From Monocercomonoides exilis PA203 (taxonomy: Eukaryota; Protista; Preaxostyla): a stretch of 64,000 nt of DNA. Numbering within the stretch: position 1 is the first letter of the stretch; every line of letters starts with the position of its first letter. The notes below the pieces were generated by a model. It did no database searches. It had not been told where the DNA came from and saw only the letters and a list, made by a program, of their open reading frames with translations. Location of the stretch: the NCBI GenBank assembly GCA_001643675.2, contig LSRY02000035.1:806001-870000 (forward strand), given 5' to 3'. The position numbers and the translations under genes were made by a program. Below are positions 27,701 through 40,800 of the stretch, piece after piece.

Positions 27701-30218
27701 TTGTCGTCTTTAGCCTTCACAACAGTCATCTCCTTATCGACTGCTGTGTCTGCCCTTGCCTCGTTCTTCAGCTCTGCCAGGATGTCCAAGCAGAGCCTCA
27801 CGTATTCTGTGTAATGATGTAGTCTTCGCTGGCACTTCACCAGTCGCACACACGCAGACGTGTACAGCTCGGTCCAGTGTGCCTGCAGATACACTTTGGA
27901 CAGCACTTTGTAGAGCGACTCAGCTTCTTCATAGCGCTTTGTGTAATAATAGACATCAGCAGACTCTTCGTCAAGTGTGTTCAGCTGTCTGTCGCGGGGG
28001 ATGTTTGGCTGTTTGTCCTGCATGGCGCTCATCTGCTTCTCCCGCGGGATGTTCGACAGCTTCTTCACTGCCTCGCGGGTGAGCGACAGAAACTCGTCGA
28101 GGAAGTTCGGGAAGGAGGCGAGGGCGTCGATGAGGCGCGGGTTGGTGAGCACGTTGGCTGAGGAGGTGCTGGGGAGAGGGGAGGTGTGGAGGAAGGGGGA
28201 CATGGTCTGTAACAGATGGGGCACTTGAGAGGAAGGAGAGGATGATCTGGTGGTTGATGGAGAGAGAACACGAGAGGGAGGAGGAGTGGCTGCACGGAGT
28301 GAGGATGACACAGAAGAAGAAGACGGAGATGATGATGAGGAGGAGGAGGAAGGGGAAGAAGGGGAAGAAGGTGATGTGGAATGAGAAGGAGATAGCTGAG
28401 ATGATGAAACAGGAACAGTTGAAACAGAAGAAAACACAGAAGAAGAAGAAGAAGATGATGATGATGAAGGAGACAAAGTGAGTGAAGGTGAGAGTGTCTC
28501 CAGTTCCGTCTGTCTGTTTGGGTGTGGCTCAAACACCATTGCCATCTGCGTGGCACCTCTTTCACCGTTCTTTGCAGGAATGTCTGTGATCGTGTAGAGG
28601 TACCTCGGCACCGTCGACACAACTGCATGCGAAAGAGTGCGTGAATGGAGCAGCTTGCTCTTCAGGATGTCTTCAGCTGTCACTCCTTCTTCGTCATCGA
28701 GATCGGAGTCGTAACCGTCTTCATCATCTTCGTCTTCGTCTTCGTCTTCTTCATTGCCTGCCTCTTTCGTGTTTGTGCATGTGCTTTCTTTTTGATTGAT
28801 CTGGTTGTTTTCATTTGAGTTCTCTTTGTTTGAGTTGCTTTGTGTATCTTCTTCTTTTCCTTTTTCTTCTTTGTTGGTAACATCTTCTGTATCTTTACCC
28901 TTTCCATTCTCCGCCAAGCACTCTCTTCTCATTTTCCTTGCTTTTTTCCTCTTCTTCTCCTCCTCTTCCTCCAGCAGCGCCTTCTGCATGATGTCAGTGG
29001 GGTCTTCGTATCCCAGCAGCTTTCCCAGCTCCACCAGGTGCGAGCGCGCCATCAGGTACATGTCTCCAATGAGGATGATGATGCGCATCTGGTCTGCCAC
29101 ATCCATCGAGTCCAGCCCGTGCGTCAGAAAGACAGTCGCATCCAGCGCACACGAATAGCCCCAGCTGTGCACAAACACGGGGCCCCGCGAGCGCAGCACA
29201 CCCAGCAGCGACTCGATGTCCCGCCGCAGCGTCCGCGCGATGCTTTTGAACTGGCCCGTCAGCCACTGCAACTCATACTGCCTCCGCAGCAGATACACCC
29301 TCGAGTCAAACTTCGTGGAACTTGCTTGCTTGAAACTAAGCACTGTCCCTGGAACCCCGGCTGACGTGAAGGGATTCAGCATGTCGTTCAACTGCTGTGG
29401 GTCGAAGTCAGGGATCGGGTCGTTCATGGATTGCTTGTTCATTCCAACATATATCTCGCACGCCTTTTTGAAAAATGCATACTGTTGATAAAGATACCCC
29501 AGCTTATCCTGAAGAATTTTTTGTTCAATTCCAAACAAGTTCCCGCTTATGTTTTTTTCATCATTTTGAATTTTTTGTAGTCTGTTGTCAAAAACAGATC
29601 CAATACGTTTTGCAAGACGTTTTGTAAGTTCAGCAATGTCAGCTTCAATTTCTGAAGGAGAAGCAAATATATCGAGTTTGAATGCATGGTCCTTTATATC
29701 ACTTGTAAGCCTATTAAAAATTGATTTGGCTTTCTTTGGATTTTCTGCAGTTGCAGGATTTGTGAGTTGAATGGGGATGTATAAAACCATCCATTCCTGA
29801 TCATTTTTATCCATTTCTGAGATGGGAGCTTTTAAAAGACTTGTATAGAAATACTTATATTTACTTTCATCGTCGACAGTGAATAGATAAAGCACCAGAT
29901 GAGGAAGAAAATGAGACGGAAATCCATTTGATTGATGATCATAAATCATTGCAGGATGCAACAAAGAAATTTTTTCATTTATCGATGCAAGTTTGACGTT
30001 TCTCAATGAAAGAATGTCATTTTCATATCTCTGAATGTATGAACGAAGTTGGCAAAGATCTTGCACAGCTGTAAAAATAAAATAAATTTTGCAAAAATTG
30101 TTTCAACGATGTTTCCCCAACTAAAATCAAAAAGCGTCATACATATAACGATTTGTCCTTGAACGTTGACAATCTCTTCGAATGTGGATAACGATTTACG
30201 AGAATTTTGGCTGGTCAT
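21778..30218 (-). CDS. TRAPPC10: TRAPP II subunit TRAPPC10/Trs130 homologue, greatly enlarged by Ser-rich and acidic insertions (~2,790 aa)
   Basis: 2762-codon ORF plus a 5' exon 30143-30218 (intron 30069-30142, T|gtatga...acag|CT). Recognisable blocks: PHLVLYLFTVDD..YK, QEWMVLYI, KLGYLYQQYAFFKKACEIY, FDSRVYLLRRQ, GDMYLMARSHLVELG, LIDALAS...FLSLTREA, ADVYYYTKRYEEAESLY...HWTELY. Confidence 0.75.
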
Positions 30219-30296
30219 TCTGATCTGAATTCGCATAATTAAATTATTCACGTAAACTATATTCATCAAATATTTATGAATGAAGTGTTTGAATTT

Positions 30297-31676
30297 CTAA
30301 ACAAAAAAGGAAAAAGGAAAAATGTCATTAACTTCTGGAAGTGGAGGTGAAGTGAACCATTCGTCTTGAAGAAGAGATTCAGCAGACGGTCTTTGAGATG
30401 CAGAATAAACAAAAATTCGCTCCAAGAAACGAATTGCAAGAGAAGTTGAAGAGGGTGAAGCGCTTAACGAAGAGGAGCGAGTTGCAAAAGAAGGTGAAGT
30501 TGAAGAAGAAGTTGGTGTTGAGGAAGATGCAGATGATTGTGATGAGGAGGACGATTCAGGCTGATGAGTGCATGAAGCAGCAGAAGGGATGATTGAACTT
30601 AAAGGAAGGGGAAGCTCTTCAGCGTGGAATTCTATTTTTCCATAATCAGGAAAGCTTTTAAGTTCAGGCCATGTTTCAGGTTTTGGCATGCCAAAAGTGG
30701 AAATGACTTTCACAAGCTGGTCGATGTCTGATTCTCCTCGGAGAAATTCAAAGCCCAAAAACAGTTCTGCGCATATACAGCCAACTGACCAAATGTCTAT
30801 TGAGAATGTAGAAGACCGAGATCCAAACAAAAGAGAAGGTGAACGATAAAAACGTGAAGCGACTTTGTATGAAAGCAAGGGCTTTGAAACTGAAGATGAA
30901 GAAACAGAAGCAATTTTTGAAGAAGAACTTGAAGTGGATTGAACGTCAGTTTTTTTGGTATTCTGTTTTGTTGCTGAAGAAAGATATTCAGGAGGAACAA
31001 TGCGAGAATGGCCCTGTAAAACTCAAATTATAAAAATATCGATTTAACCAATAACAGCATACAAAATCTCCAATTTTGATGACTCCATCTTGGGAAATAA
31101 GTATATTGGACGGTTTGAGATCCTATGAAAAAGTATTGTAAATTTTTTGCATTTATTCATTTATTAAATCATTGCTAAAAAAACTAACCCTGTGAATAAC
31201 ATCTTTAGAGTGACAATGAGCGACCCCTCGCAAAATCATCAGAACTATTCCTTTTATTTTAGACTCGGGAAGCGGATAGGTCAATCTTAAAATTAACAAA
31301 TTAAAAAAAAATTATGTTGAGTAAAAAATTCAAAAAAAAATGGCGTTTCAAACTTTCGAAGTGCTTTCCAAAGATCCATCTTACAGTATTCAAACACAAA
31401 AACAAACTTTGTCTTATAACTGAAAAAGTCTAGTAATTTTATAATCTGCACAAGAAATGAAATCTTCATTTAACAATAACAAAAATATACATTATGGTGA
31501 TTGAGCCTCAAAAGGGAATCAAGCTCTCTTTTGTAGCATGTTGTTTGCTCTTCGGTTTTGGTGTTTTTTAATACTGTTTTCATGGCAACAAGTTGTCTCG
31601 TTCTAAGATCACGGGCCTTATACAATTCACCAAAGGCTCCATAGCCCAAGCGCGAAATAATTTGATATTTTTCCAT
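30297..31676 (-). CDS. CDK20/CCRK-like protein kinase (5 exons, divergent activation segment)
   Basis: GYGAFG, VAMK, RE, HR|DLKPSN and IKIGDF|G assembled across four GT-AG introns. The C-lobe GESDIDQL..V....GMP..ETWPELKSFPDYGKIEF resembles the CDK20 WPEL..LPDY.KI.F signature. Confidence 0.7.
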
Positions 31677-32058
31677 ATATCAAATATTTAAAATTTCTTT
31701 CAAAGTGTATAAATCAAAAAATCAATTTCTTTTCACAAATTTTTATTGAGAAGCAAATATGGGTTAAAATATAAAAAAAGAAAGAAGCAAGCAAGCAAAT
31801 GAAATTTTTGTCTTTAAGAATTTAGCTAAAAATAATGCTCTTTGGTGATTAACTTAATGAAATTTATCGCAAAATTCCATTTGTCTATGTTGAAAATAAA
31901 CAAGAAGATAAGATAAAAAGTAAATCCTTAATATCATGCATTTGTCGGTTAAATGCAGGGGCATATCACAAATTATAAATGAATTGCTCCATATTTTCCT
32001 TTGAAACTTGAATTAATATACTCCTTGCAAAAGGAGCCCTTTTATCGCTTTTCTTTTC

Positions 32059-32767
32059 TCAATCTGGGGAAAATAGTTTTTCAACAACTGTCTCTTTCAA
32101 ATTTTCCATTTTTTCATCAATTTCATCTTTCATCCTGATTTCCAACTTTTTCAGTTCGACCCCAAGAACATACTTCACTGTGTATAAAAAAAGAGAAATA
32201 ACAGAAAAATAATATTGAAAGTACATAAATTTCATTTGCAAATAACAAAAGAAATACTGCCTGCAAAAGAAATGACATATTTCAAAATACAAATAAATGC
32301 ACACAATCCGATGAATTCAGCTGATGTCCGCTCAGCAAGTAAGAATCGAGCATTTTTTTCCCAAAATACACCGAAAAGTGGCTAAGTTGACGATGGAAAG
32401 CTGCAGCATCTGATTCATTCAGAAATTGTAATCCGATGATCTCCCTCAGGTACGAGTGGATGATCAAGAATGTTGGAGTTTGCAAATAGTATACCAAAGA
32501 TGGAGTAATATCAATCACCATCCCAACTGGCTTCTCCCCGCAAATCACAACAAAGATAATACAGATATGAAGTATTTCAATGTGAAAAGGCAAGAGACAA
32601 CTTGTCTTGCAAACCTTAACAGCTCTTGCATCCACATAGTAAACGTCAGGAGATGACCTACCCTCGAGTATAACAATAGAAAGAATTCCCATGCATTGGC
32701 TCAGTGTTTTCCATTCGCCATCTTTTTGAAGAAACCCTCTAGAAGCACAAGAAAAATAAACTTTCAT
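32059..32767 (-). CDS. Small protein: EVH1/WH1-like (PH-fold) domain plus short C-terminal coiled coil
   Basis: GEWK...GILSIV...IDITPSLVYYLQTPTFLII...IIGLQFLNESDAAAF matches the EVH1 pattern (W; Y-x-x-x-T-P-T-F; G-L-x-F-x-x-E-x-[ED]-A-x-x-F). A last exon after acacag encodes KYVLGVELKKLEIRMKDEIDEKMENLKETVVEKLF. Exon junctions are partly inferred. Confidence 0.55.
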
Positions 32768-33078
32768 TGATGAAATTTTAAATGTGGGAGAACATTTCAG
32801 AATCACAGCGAAATATTTGCCATAAAAAAGTGCACGCAAAAGAAATAGATGATGCGTATTGATAAAAAGCACACCGAATAGCAAAAAATGGAAATAACAA
32901 TATTTCTTTTTTGAAGAAAAAATTCAATAAAACCCCAGTTTTCATTTTGCAGTCATAAAACAAACATTTATCGTAACAAAAAAACTGTTAAAAACACATT
33001 TGTTAATGAAATGCAAACGCTTCATTTTTCATTGCTTTTATATTTACTAATTTATTTATTAATTTATTTATTTGTTTG

Positions 33079-33080
<2 letters not shown>

Positions 33081-33115
<35 letters not shown>
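33081..33115. repeat. Poly-T homopolymer (~35 nt); a similar run lies at ~21423-21453
   Basis: Directly visible. Confidence 0.9.
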
Positions 33116-33116
<1 letters not shown>

Positions 33117-35124
33117 TCTGTTTGTTTGTATGTTTGTTCAATTGTGTGAACTCATTCAAAAAAGAAAAAATATGAACACTTTCAAAATTTTATTTTTCCA
33201 TTATTAATCATTGATAAAGAAACTTGAACAAATTCTGCAAGCTTGATAAAAAAATTGATTTCTGTGACTTGTTCTCATTTTTGTTTTTTATTCTAAAAAA
33301 TAGAATTTGTGAGAATAAAATACTTTATTTGAATCTTCTCGAAATTTGAAAAAATATTTAAATTGGTGGTTTTATCTTTTAAAAAAAAATTCATTTTAAT
33401 GAAATAATCAGGCTCACTAAAATGTGGAATTTTTGATTCGTTGCAGCATTTGTCAATTCATATAAAAAAATGTTTATTATTATTCAAAACAATTACTCTG
33501 TTTCTTTTTCCAATTTTGAGTGATTTTTGAGTTTTTTTCACAACATTCATATGTGGTGTCATCAAAAATTGATATGTCACTAACAATCAATTAAATGAAA
33601 AAAATAAGTTAATTGAAATACAAATCATCCATTTTTAATGAACAAAAGTTGGGGTATTTTGTTATAAATTCATTAAACATTCTGAAAGAGTGGTTATTAT
33701 TCAGAAACTTTTCAGAACGAATAACCCAGTTAACAAAAATATTTGCGTTTATCAAATATGCACATTCATTCACCCACTATTCAGTCTTTTATTGAGTATT
33801 TCAAAGATCTGATATTGAAGAAAATTCTTGTTGGATTCTTGAAATAAAGCACAAAAAGAAAGCAATTAAGAAGATTGTTTATTCAATATGTGGGATAATA
33901 CGAACTTTCAAGCTATTTTTGCACAAAGCACAGAAGAATGTTTCACTCATAACATTGGAAAACAAAATCAGATTTCGAAAAAATTGGATTTTCATATCTT
34001 TATTTAAACATTATTGATATTGGGTGATTATTTTTGAAATCAAATCTTTTTTCGGGGTGTTGATTTTTCAAAGATTGAAAATTTTACGAAAGAAATTTTT
34101 GTTACAAAAGAAAAGAAGCATTATAATTGAGATTAAATCAAGCGTTTTTATAAATAAAAGATTAAAATGTCTTCAAAAGCCTATTCACTTTTCAATTTTT
34201 TTAATTGATATTCAAGATATATAATTTCTCCGAAATTTTTGAATGAAAAAATTTGATTTCAAAAATAATCATCCATATAACTTTGACTTTTTGTCATTTT
34301 TGTTAACTTTGAGGAGGGAAAAATTAAAACTGGCATTAAATGAAAATAATTAAAGCAAACAAAAACGCGATAATTTAAAAAACGAAACGAAAAGAAAAGA
34401 AAAAAGAAAAATATTCATTCTCACAGTTTAATGCTTTCACACATAATAACTCATCTTGACTTGAATTGATTAGTTTTTTGTTAAAAAGTTGCAAATTTCT
34501 TAGCAATTATATGGGATTTTGAGAAAGTTTTTCCTTGTCTTCATCAAATAAATAAAATCTTTTCTTTTTAAATTAATGATAGCTATTCGCAATTTTTGAT
34601 GAAATTGCAAAATTGATTCAATCAAAAAATTTAAAAATAGTTCGAATATTGTTAAAAGTTAAAAAATGAATTACATAATCAATAATAAAACTGGAAAATA
34701 ATCGAATAATCTTTCAAAAAAAATCTTCAATTTATATGCCATAATAACCAAACTGGTAAACAACAATCAATTCGAGAAACATAACTTTCAAAAAAGTAGA
34801 ATATAAAATGAATAAATATAAAAAATCATTGAAGTTGTCAAAATTTTCATTGTTTGCTTTGATAAACTAAAAAATTAGTTAATAGCCATATAAAGAGACA
34901 AATGTTTGCAGTCGCAAAAAACAATTCAAAAAAAAGGAGGAAAAAAAGTCACATAAAATTCAACAATTGGAAGCCAAACTTGGATTTAAGAGCACATTCA
35001 AGTTCTGACAGCTACCATCAACCATCATTCATCAATCAACAACCAGCAACTCAACAGAATTAATGTAAAAATGTAACAACAACTGTATGCTATAAAAAGA
35101 TCAACCAACTCTGATTATGACTGT

Positions 35125-37710
35125 CTACCCAGTGATTGAAGTAGGCCCGAGGCTGCCCTTTCGGACAAAGCGATTCCGGTTGCGTCTCTTTCCAGTACTC
35201 GGCTCAAATGAAGGAGTAAAGTCATACCCAGCAGAGGGCAGGAATGAAGAAGAAGAAGAAGAAGAAGTTGTAGATGATGATGAAGTAGAAGAAGAAGGAG
35301 CAAGAGATGATGTGTTGGAACTGCCTGTTGAAGCAGATGATGATGATGACGACGAAGAGGATGAAGAAGACGATGAAGAAGAAGGAAAGATTGAAGGGAG
35401 ATAAGTGTTTGATGTGGACGAAGGGTAAGAGCCGAGTGAAGACTCCTGTGAAGATATGAGGGAGGATGTTCTGGGTGCTGGTAAAGAGGATGAGCGCCAT
35501 GGAATGGTCATTGAAGTGGATGAGGAGGAAGACGAGGGCTGAGCTAAAGATGGAAGATATGAAGAAGATGAAGAAGATGAAGATGGATTTTGTTGTTCTT
35601 CTTTCTTTTTGTCAAATCTTGTTTCTTTTCCAAATGAGAAGTTGGAAGAAGAAGAAGAAGAAGATGATGATGAATATGATGGTGAAGATGAAAATGATGT
35701 TGAATTGCTGCTTTGAAGAGGAGGCAAAGAAAACGACGTTGAATTTGTGTTTGAAGAAGAAGAAGAAGAAGAAGAAGAACTCGAAGAAGAAGATTGCTGA
35801 CTGCCCTTTCTCTCTCCCACTGCACCCATTCCCAATCTATTTGCAGGAGGGCGTGAAGAAGACGATGTGAATGAAGAATAAGAGGAAGGAAAAGCAGACG
35901 GTGAAGGAAGACGCTTCGGAGAGCCCATTCGACGGGCAAAGATGGCATTTGAGTTGGAAGTGACAGCATTTGAAGAGGAAGAGCTGGATGAAGAATTCGA
36001 AGATTGCTTGTCTGCATTTGAGGTTGCGTTGTCCTTCTGCTTCGCTCCCTTTCCTGGCTGGTTGAACATCTCCATCATCTTCTCAAACTCATCATCGAAG
36101 TCGTCAAATGACTGTTTGTCTTTCTTTCTTCCTGAAGATAACTGCTGCTGCTTCTGTTGCTGCTGCTGCTGTTGTTGTTGTGGAAGAGGTGGAAGCACAG
36201 ACGATGGCTGTTTGGCTTTTGACTTTGAATAACCAGATAATGAAGATGTGGATGAGGATGATGCAATGGAAGAAGAAGAGGAAGAGGAAGAAGAATTTGA
36301 AGTATTCTGATTCTGAGGAGGGCGTGTCTTTGGATAAGACAAACCAGAATAAGAGCCGAAGCCGAACAGATCGTCCTCTGCCTGCACACTCTTTCTCGGC
36401 AGCCTCGAAGGCGCCTGTGTATTTGCCTGTGATGGCGCTGAAGGCTTCGAAAGATCAGAGCCAAATGTCTGAAACTGCGGGGCGTATCCCTTTTTGCTGC
36501 CAAACTGGGCAGCTGATGAAGTTGGGTTAGACACAGAAGCAGCAGAAGCAGCAGCATTTGAAGAGAGCATGGCAGAGGTGGAGGTGGAGGAGCCATAGAC
36601 AGGAGTGAACCCGCGGAAGTAGGGGTGGTTGAGTGCCTCTGCAGCAGTCGGGCGGAGAGAAGGGTTGAAGCGGAGAAGGCGCATGAGAAGGTCGATGCCC
36701 TCAGGCGACGCTGAGGGGATGAGGGTGGAGAGAGGCACGCCTGTCACTGCAGGGAGGCGGATGTCCATCTTCCTCGCCTGCGCCACACCTTCTGCCCACT
36801 GCAAGTTGGACGATTGAGGACCTGTTGAAATGAAGAGGTAATGATGTGATGTTATCAAATTGATTATTTGTTAAAAATGATAATTCAAATATTGTAAATG
36901 AAGATATAAATTAGGAAAATTAAACCTCCTGCATCACATGGCGAACCCATAACAGAAAATATTTTAAACAACTGATCCATCTCAGATTTTCCAGGGAAGA
37001 GAGGAGTTTTCATATACAATTCGGCCATAATACAGCCGACTGCCCAAAGATCAATTGGCGAAGAGTAATGATGGCAGCGAAGAAGGACTTCAGGTGCTCG
37101 ATACCATCTTGTAGAAATATATTCAGTGTATGGTGGCATAGACCTGATTTCCCTTGCTTCACCAAAATCTGCAAGTTTAACCGTTGATCCTTTGAAAAGA
37201 AGATTTTCTGGTTTTATATCACGATGAAAAAATCCATTAGTATGCATATAATTCAATCCGGCAAGCGTTTGATATCTATTAAAAAATCATGACATTTGTT
37301 AGAATATATTTCAAAAGCAAAAGTATTATTTTCATACATGACATTTTTAATTCTTTCTTCAGTAAATGGATATTTTGGATCATTCATCTTTTGATAGAGA
37401 TCACCATCAAGAAACTCGAAAATGAAAAATAAATCTGTTCCTTCCCTAATTATTTCCTTCAATTTTTCTATATTAATATGATTAAGCTTTTTGAGTGACT
37501 ATTGTTGGTTGTTATATTGTAAAATGTATAAACGATGAAAGAAAAAGTCCAAACCTTTGCCTCTCGAAGATTTACGCATTCATTCCATGAGTGAAATGGT
37601 CGCTTTATTTTTTTAATTGCGACTATTTCGTTTGTTTGCGTGTTTAGTGCTTTATAGACAATACCATATGAACCGTTCCCAAGCTGCTTTAGAAATTTGA
37701 ACCTCTGCAT
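35125..37710 (-). CDS. MAK/ICK (RCK family) kinase with long Ser/Gln-rich C-terminal tail; 4 exons
   Basis: [29 protein letters not shown]|[53 protein letters not shown]. Three GT-AG introns restore the frame. Confidence 0.9.
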
Positions 37711-37886
37711 TTAAAATTGGCAGTGACGCACTTCATAACGCATATTACAAAAATACAACTCAATTTGAAATGAAAACAAATAAATAAATTGGAAAACCGG
37801 AAATACTCGGTCAATGCCAACAGTCGTCTATATATTATGGGTTAAAATATTTTTTTTCACAAAAAATAAAAATTTTCTTTCAATCA

Positions 37887-40800
37887 TCAGTTCTTTGAAG
37901 TAGCATTTTGATGAGTTTGCACAAAAGCAGGATCTAATGATTTTTTGCGTTTTAAAGCTTCTTCACTTACAAGTTGTTTTTGCAGTTTGACAATTAGCTG
38001 AGCTGCAGTTGAAGCACTCCCTCTCAGATCACTCAAAGAACGTGCAAGAAAACTGAGCAAATAGCAAACGCCCGTGATTGGATTGTGGCCCTGTTCAAAG
38101 GAGCCATCGCCAGATATCAGTCCCGCCAAAGAGGCAGTGCTTGCACACGAAGCGTCGAGTGAAGGAGAAAAAGCGACTGTAGAAGGGGTGGAAGGAGGGG
38201 TGGCGTTGAGTGTGGTGAGAGTCTGTTTGAAGCAGGAATACAGCCAATAGACAGAATTCTGCCCAGGAGAAGAGGAATTGAGGGAGGCGTAGCTGGCAGA
38301 AGAGGGGTGTGATGTGAGAGTCAGCGAATTATGGTTAGATTTTGTGGGTGTGAAAGCACTCATTGAATCAACAGATGATAATGTTGGCGTGGTGGAGCGT
38401 GAACTTGGGCGGGAGAATGAAAGAGAAGAAGAAGAAGAGAGAGAAGGGCTTTGTTCTTGCTCGGAGAGTGCAGAGTGAGAAAGAGAGGAATTGGAAGAGG
38501 AAGGAGAGGTGCTGTTTGAAGAAGAAGAAGATGATGATGAAGAAGGAAGAGTGGCAAATGAAACGTGTGCAGAAGAAGAAGAAGAAGAGCCGATGTGTCT
38601 GTCAGAAGGTGATGTTCTCATGGAGACTGCCACAACAGAGCGGAGGGAGTTTCTGATGGACATCACATCCGACGCCACGCAGATTGAAAGGAGAACGCTG
38701 TACAGATGAAGTGTTGCGATCAATTCTGATGCAGAAGGAAGATTAGATTCATCAGAAATGGATGAAGAAGAAGGAGAAGAGGGAGAGGAAGAGGAGGAAG
38801 AAGAAGTAAACGAAGAAGGAATTGCCAGTTCCAGTGAATCTTTATCGAACTCTGAATTTTCCTTTTGTTCACTCTCATCCTCTTTCAAATTCTCCGTCTC
38901 TTCTATTTCTCCGTTCTGGCAGCTGCGAAGGAGAACCAGCGAGTTCTGTGCGATGGAACGCAGCTTCTCGACAGTCGAGTCTTTCCTCTGTGAAACAGAA
39001 ACAGTGGAGAGCGAGCGGTGGAGAAGAGAAGGCGAAAAGGAAGAGTCAACAGGAAGAGTGGAGAATGAAGGAGAAGGTGAGGAAAGAAGAGGAGTGGTGA
39101 AGACGTTGGAGTTTGGAGAGAGGTCTGTCACTGGAGTGGCACTCCCAGGTGGAGCAGCAGCCTGGTTGTGTGCTTGTATCTGTGCTTGCAGCTCAGAGAA
39201 TGTGTTGAGCGAGGCATTTGAGGCAGAAGGAGAGAGAGAGATGCTGTTTGGCCGCGAAGCAGAAGGTGAGAGAGGGAAATGGTTCATGTTGGAAGAGGCA
39301 GAAGGCGAAGGGGCAAACAGCTTGCTGATCTGAGGCGGGACAGAAGGCGATTGAATGTGAGAGACGCAGTTGTTGACGACTGCTGTGTACATTCCACTGA
39401 ATGGCTGAATCATCTGCACTTCTTTCTCTTTCTTCAATTCGATCTGTTTGGACTCGATTTCTGCACTCAGCTCGTTCAGCTGCTTTTGAAGATCCATCTT
39501 CTTCTGTTCTTCTTGTTGCGCCTGCTCCTTTTGCTCTTTCTGCTCTTCAGTTATTCTGTTGCATTCTGCTTCCAGTTTGTTTTTCTCTTCTCTTGCTTCA
39601 GACAGCTCTGCTTCAACACTCTTCAATTCTTGTGATATCTTCTCTTCTTTCTCTTCCATTTCTTTTATCTTTTCTTCGAATTCGTTTTGTTTCTGTGCTA
39701 ATTTCTCCTTCACTTCGCCCAGTTCTTTCTCTGTTGCCTTTCGAGAACTGTCTGCTTCAGCACATTTCTCTTGCATTTCTCTCAACTTTTCATCTGAAGC
39801 CTCAATGCTCTTCTTTCTTTCATCCAACTCCTTTTGAGCTTTTTCAACAGAAATCGCACAATTTTCAATAGTTTTCTCGAATTCTTGCTTTTTCTCGTCC
39901 AAATTGTCGATTTCTGTGCTTAGCTTTGTTTTCGATTTCTTCATTGCCTCCAACTCTTTCTGGTAATTCTTCGTTTTCTCACGCAACGCTTTCACTTCTT
40001 CTTCCACTTTCTTCTTTTCTTCTTCAATTTCCTTTTTCCCTTCTTCAATTTTCGCTTTTTCTTCTTCTGTTTTCTTCTTCTCTTCTTCCATTTTCATTTT
40101 CTCTTCTTTCATCTCTTTCTCATTTTTCTCTAATTTCTCCAAATTAATCTCCAACTCTTTCGCATTTTCATCCACTTTCTGCTTTTCCTTCTTCAAATTC
40201 TCAATTTCTGTCTGAAGAGTCTCAATCTGCTTTCTCTTTTCTGCTATTTCTTGGCTGGCTTCACCTGATTCTGCCTGTATTCCTTCCAATTCCTTCTTCT
40301 TCTCATTCACTTCGTTTTCTGTTTCATTCAGCAATTCTTTCTGCTCTTCAATTTCTTTCTGAACGTCACCCAAAGATTTCTCTGTTTGCTGTTTTTGTGA
40401 TTTCACTTCTGTCTCCATCTCTTTCAATTCTTTTATCTCCTTCAAAACTGCCTCTTTCTGTCTCATCACATCTGACACTGCATTTTGTGCTTCTTCTTTT
40501 TCCCTTTCGATTTCATCGATTTCCGTTTGCTTTGCCTCAACCTCCTTTTGCAACGTTGCAAGCTTTTCTTCAGTGCTGTGGAGTTCGCTTGTAACGCTGT
40601 TCAATTCAGAAACCTGCTTTTCATATCCTTCTTTTCCTTCCTTCAAAATCTGCAGTTCTTTTTCTTCTTTCTCTTTTCTCTGCATCAGCCCCTCCACTTC
40701 GCTCTGAAGATTCGCAGCTGCCTTTCTCGTTTCTTCCTCTTCTTTCTTTGCACTCTCAACATTTTCCTTCATCTCATTCATTGTCTTCCTCAAATTCTCG

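Noticed and set aside
22008-29770. Numerous plus-strand poly-Glu/poly-Lys and alternative-frame poly-Leu ORFs (also 35115-36817, 38360-43581, 58875-61412)
   Set aside because: By-products of (TCT/GAA)n tracts and stop-poor antisense frames of long real genes.
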